From Entomortierella parvispora E1425 (taxonomy: Eukaryota > Fungi > Mortierellomycota): DNA of 64,000 nucleotides. The notes beneath the pieces are model-generated. The model was not told where the DNA came from. It was given only the letters and a program-made list of their open reading frames with translations, and ran no database searches. This document shows, piece by piece, positions 59,701 through 64,000 of this stretch (position 1 is its first letter; each line of letters begins with the position of its first letter). Position numbers and translations under genes: made by a program. The DNA lies in the NCBI GenBank assembly GCA_020891255.1, contig BQFW01000013.1, positions 186,001 to 250,000 on the forward strand, read 5' to 3'.

Positions 59701-60374
59701 GATGGTTGTTTTGTCTTTGGAGAGGGGTGAGCTTTTTAGAAGTGAGCTTTTTAGAACGAGAGTAGGAGGTGCTTGGTGGATGATCCGTTGTTGAAGTGAT
59801 TTGGTTTTTCTTTTGAAGTTGAAAACACTTTTCTTTTAAACAAAAACCCCGACTTGATCGCAAGACTCGATCGACACCTTGAACAGGTAAGGACCGATTG
59901 ATCCTAGCAATGAACTGCAACGCCACGCAATGAGTTACGTTGCCTAGCATTGTTTTTCGAGCGCCAGGACTCGATCTCTTCAGCCCGCTTGGGCATCACA
60001 TCGCGTTGCCAAGGCTGATGAGCACCCAAAACGCGGGTCTTGGCAGCAAATCACCCTCTGCACTGGTAAAAATAAATCAAAAATCTCCAAAAGTGGAAGA
60101 CAAAGCGCGGTTGTTGATTTTGAACGAGTGGCGAAGCTATCTCTCCTGTACTGCCTGCACTAGCCATGTTTGACTACGCAGACCCGTCTTTTTCAAGGGC
60201 TGCAGTCATCTCATCAGGCGAGTAGCATTTTGAACAGGAGACCATATTCTCCTCTCAAAATTAAAAAAAATCATCGATCGCTACTGCGATACCACAATTG
60301 CTGCGAAGCAATGGATGTCAATGAGTTATCGTGGTTGGTTGTGCTTCAACGATTGGAGCAGAGCAACACTTTCA

Positions 60375-60635
60375 GTCAGGACAGGCCTGAAGAAAGGGCA
60401 GAGGAAAGCCAGCAAGGAGAAAGGCGACGCTCATTTGCAACGAGAAAAAAAAAGTGCGGGGTACTGATGACGGGGCAGGACAGGGTTGTGATGAGCAACA
60501 GACAAACAGATACGACTCTTCTTTCCCTCTTTCTCTTTTGCACTGCACTCCTAGCCATGTTTGCCAATAAAAGAGGCTTGCTGCTGTCTTTATTTGGTAC
60601 TTTCCGCCTCCCTCTCTCACCATATTCTTCAACAA
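60375..60635 (-). repeat. Non-coding element X, inverted homolog of ~16605-16850
   Basis: Its reverse complement aligns to 16605-16850; it abuts the 3' end of the right inverted arm. Confidence 0.75.
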
Positions 60636-60945
60636 CACAATTTTTTTTAAAAAAAAAATTATCGACGCTGACTTGTTCATTGAAAACAAAGGATATATCA
60701 GACACTTTGATTTGATTTTCGAGGCAAGTGCTTGAAAGAATATATTACTAAAAGGCAGTGCGGAGAAGGACAACAGAACATATATACGAACGAAGAAACA
60801 ACTATGAACAAGAACAGCAGACCAAATATCAAAACAAACAAGGAAGGACGAAAGGATACAAATACAAAGGAAAAAGGAGACGGACAACTAAAAATACAAA
60901 GGAATTAGTCTATAAAAGTACAACAAACAACAGATCATCAGGTCT

Positions 60946-62517
60946 TCACGCCGTATGGTGGCTGCGTCCAACGCCACGAGGATGGGTCAAGACCCAATCG
61001 GCAGCAAGATCGGCGCGGACGATACAATGCTGACCAGCACCGGGGGGGAGGTCTGTGAGACCGAGCACGGCGTCCAACTTGGGCCAGTGGGTGCTGAACC
61101 ACTCCAGCTCAGGCACGCCGATCCGGTGCGCGGTCCATCGGACATCAAGAGTGCGCATCGCCTGCATGTCACGAAGCAGGTCAATGCCCGACTCAAGGGA
61201 GAACATCAAACAAGATGTTTGATATCCTCCATGTCCTTCTCCGACGCCACCTGGAATAGGCGCCCTTCTCTGCCCCAGACGCAGCAGCTGGAGGTTGACC
61301 AAAAGGCCAAGCTGTTGGTAGACGACTGTGTGCTCGACTGGGCTTGGCGCGGTGACCTGGTTCCTCTCATCGAATGCTGGGTAGAGACATTCGATGGCCA
61401 TCTCCAGATGTGTTAATGTCTCTGAGCAACCCCACACTCGGGTTGGACCCTCAAGATCCAGCATCCAAGGCAGGTCGTCCATTAACCCCGCCCCATCGTG
61501 GAAGTGGTGGGATCTGATCATAAGGTGGTTCTGCTCCAACAGAGCTGAAGGCAGCGTGCAGAACTCCCGCAGTCTGGTGGCTCTCTCAAGGAACGACTGA
61601 ACATCGCTTCCGAATGCGCCGAGAATGCCGTCTAGAGTGAGCGACTCCAGGGCCGTTCCACTCCTGGTAAGGGAACTGAGACTCTGAGGATGTGGCACCA
61701 CGATAGTGAGCTTTTTGGCCTGTCCTCCCAAAGCCAACATCTGGTCCAAGGCCCACTCCCCAGCCTGGGTCGCTTTCCAGGTCAGACTTTGCAGATTCCT
61801 TACGATCGACATGACATCCGCCCTGGACTTTTCCCGAAGTGACCAGTCACCATCAACTTCAATCGTAAGAGTCTCCAGGTTGGGACTAGCGCTCAACAGA
61901 GCAGAGATCTTGTCAATGGAACCAGTCAAACCACCCAGGGACATTTGTGTAACGGTCATTAATCTGGCGGCTCCCATCGTAGATTCGTCATAGATCAGAT
62001 CGGGCATCATAGGCGCTTCGCCAATGATCGCCCCATCGAAATCCAAATTCAGCTGAGCAAGACATCTGCAGTATGAAAAAAGGCCCAAAGTCGCCGTCCA
62101 ATCGTATGGTCCACGAAGGGCTACATGGGCCAGAAATGGGCTTCCCAAAGTCACATCAAACACAAGTCCAAGTGCTCTACTTGAAGAGCATCTGGATTGC
62201 CGTTGGAAGCGAAGATCAAGGTAGCGCAATCTCGAGCATCTGGCTGCACTTAGCAAGTCACCATGTTCCAGTGCCTGATTGGTCGCGAAGGAGCGCGTTA
62301 ACTGACTGTTGGCTACGAAGAGCCTCCTCACCGAATCTAAATCAAGCAAACCGACTTGTCGCTCACTGGTCAAGTCGACTTCGCAAAACAGATAGGGGGC
62401 CCAGATGCGACGTAGCCCTCGGCTGACTCTTGTACATGCTGCGATATCAGATTCGGATAGATAGTCTGCCACAAGGCCGACTAGTTCAAGTGGAAGCAGG
62501 CTGAAAAGGACAGACAT
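60946..62517 (-). CDS. F-box protein with degenerate LRR-like region, copy 2 (523 aa)
   Basis: Same length as copy 1 and aligns without indels; identical N-terminal 21 residues. Confidence 0.9.
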   Translation of the reverse strand: MSVLFSLLPLELVGLVADYLSESDIAACTRVSRGLRRIWAPYLFCEVDLTSERQVGLLDLDSVRRLFVANSQLTRSFATNQALEHGDLLSAARCSRLRYLDLRFQRQSRCSSSRALGLVFDVTLGSPFLAHVALRGPYDWTATLGLFSYCRCLAQLNLDFDGAIIGEAPMMPDLIYDESTMGAARLMTVTQMSLGGLTGSIDKISALLSASPNLETLTIEVDGDWSLREKSRADVMSIVRNLQSLTWKATQAGEWALDQMLALGGQAKKLTIVVPHPQSLSSLTRSGTALESLTLDGILGAFGSDVQSFLERATRLREFCTLPSALLEQNHLMIRSHHFHDGAGLMDDLPWMLDLEGPTRVWGCSETLTHLEMAIECLYPAFDERNQVTAPSPVEHTVVYQQLGLLVNLQLLRLGQRRAPIPGGVGEGHGGYQTSCLMFSLESGIDLLRDMQAMRTLDVRWTAHRIGVPELEWFSTHWPKLDAVLGLTDLPPGAGQHCIVRADLAADWVLTHPRGVGRSHHTA

Positions 62518-63144
62518 CGTGGAATCTAATTAGGAATGCTGAAGAGAGGATGAGTGCTTGTTAATAAGGCACACACAGCGAAGGTAAGAGACATCAAATC
62601 TTTCGAGATTAGAGCCATATAAACTGAGAGATGACTACCTTACAGTAGGTGGGAAACGAGTGTTAATCAAGGCAGAGGTTCCAAGGACAGGAAGGACAGA
62701 GAAGAGCTGAACGGCGGGCTGGCCTCTCGATGAGAGTGGGGAGAGAAGGGGAAGAGGGGGGATCTTATGTGAGTACTTGAGTGCTGGCATGGAGAGGCTT
62801 TGAAGAGGTCGTGCCTTGTGAGGATGAGCAGATTGTGACAGGGAAACAACATACCTGTTTGGAAGAGAGGGTGCGTGTGCGTGTGCGTGCTTGAGACAAT
62901 GCGCGAGGAGGTCGAGGTCTGGCAAGCGTCTGGCTGAAGCGATGGCGTGTTTGAAGGCCGAGAAGGTGGGCGCAGAGGCGGGGGTAGAGGGAAAAGGGTG
63001 TGTCGCAGTAGCTTCGGGAAAGAGCTGAAGAGAGGCCGAATGTGCAAGGGAAAGCTGAAAAGTGAGCAAGAGTGTGATGAGGATGTTCTCTGGAAAGAAG
63101 GGGAAAGAGCAAGCAGAAGAGAGAATGAAGAATACCAAAAACAC

Positions 63145-63204
63145 AGAGAGAGAGGGCCAAATATATGGCCGATGTCGACGTCAATCCACCATGGCAACAA
63201 ATGT
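63145..63204 (-). promoter_or_regulatory. Putative core promoter of F-box gene copy 2
   Basis: Identical to 19157-19216; a conserved GTATGT 5'UTR donor near 62854 and an acceptor at 62526-62527. Confidence 0.55.
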
Positions 63205-64000
63205 TGCATGAAAAAAAAAATATTGAATAGAAAATAATATTAAAAAAAATGGTTCTTCGACGGAGCTGACAGGCAAGGACCATGTGAAAATAATCAGAGT
63301 GCCATCGAAAGGAAGCTCTATTCTAACGAGGCTGCTTGTATCTTGGCTTGGCCATGTCCTGGATCTGCATTTTATTCTTTTTTTTTTGTCTCTATTGGTT
63401 CAGACCGGCGACCAGGGTCTTGACCGTCCTTGTAAATGTCAGAGGTGCTCTGCCCCAAAGAGACATCAATGTGGTCATGAAGAGGGATCAATAGAAGAGG
63501 TTGTGAGGGGGATGAGTGTATCGCGATGGGCTGTGATGCCCGTGTTCTTGTATAGCTTCATGAACGAGAGTAGAGGCCTCTTCGAAGATCCGGCTGCATT
63601 TCTTCCTCGCTGTACATTATTGTATCTGTTTCATTTCAAAATGGTAGTGGAGGTTGATCCATCTTCTGATTCTCGTTATACCCTGTTGTTCCGAAGTAGC
63701 TTCGGTGGTGGGCAGAAGCACTCCAGATGATGACAGCTCGCCATGCTTTGACATGGACTCAGCAACAAAGAAAGGCTCACGACCATAGCCTCGCCTCACT
63801 CAGAATGGCTGCAAATGAGGGATCAGAAATCAGACATTGGTGAAAGAGAAGCGTCAGCTCGACCTCATTCATTCAGTCAGTGGGATGCATTCGAGTTTCT
63901 ACTGCAACATTTTTACTGTAGACAAAGGCCTCTTTTGATGGCCCGTGGCTGGCAGGTGTCCCCCTTGCCTGTTCAATATCTGCAATAAAGAGAAGAGGGG

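Larger units (their letters stand above)
60672..64000 (-). repeat. Right arm of the large inverted duplication (pairs with 18371-21718; open-ended)
   Basis: The reverse complement of the last 60 nt matches 18371-18430; the inner end caatgaaca.gt matches about 21707-21718. Confidence 0.95.

Noticed and set aside
1-64000. tRNA, rRNA and CRISPR arrays
   Set aside because: No cloverleaf with T-loop consensus, rRNA-like sequence or regularly spaced repeat-spacer array seen by eye; tRNAscan-SE and Infernal would be decisive.

Overview
Gene-dense, intron-containing fungal DNA. The gene families (intronless F-box/LRR-like genes, EHD, UBLCP1) point to an early-diverging fungus, most likely Mortierellaceae (inference). 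Recognisable housekeeping genes: an SPX-RING E3 ligase, CDC23/APC8, UBLCP1, an EHD ATPase, a PDI-family protein, RPL42, a Zn2Cys6 transcription factor, BRO1, a DUF1769 protein, an MFS transporter, dihydroxyacetone kinase, a PIG-Y-domain protein, a PPR protein and a mitochondrial carrier. Overlaid on these is a layer of gene birth and decay. (i) A >=3.3-kb inverted duplication (about 18371-21718 vs 60672-64000, running off the window) carries two intact 523-aa F-box genes with near-identical ends and a strongly diverged middle. (ii) At least three decayed relics of the same F-box family. (iii) A tandem, degenerate PDI paralog with an SxxC site. (iv) Two paralogous small helical proteins of unknown family. 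Also notable are a well-supported 72-aa Cys/His microprotein with a CxxCxxCxxxC motif and an alpha/beta-hydrolase lacking its catalytic serine. No tRNA, rRNA, CRISPR array or transposase was recognised. Exon boundaries, alignments and identity counts were done by hand and need computational confirmation.
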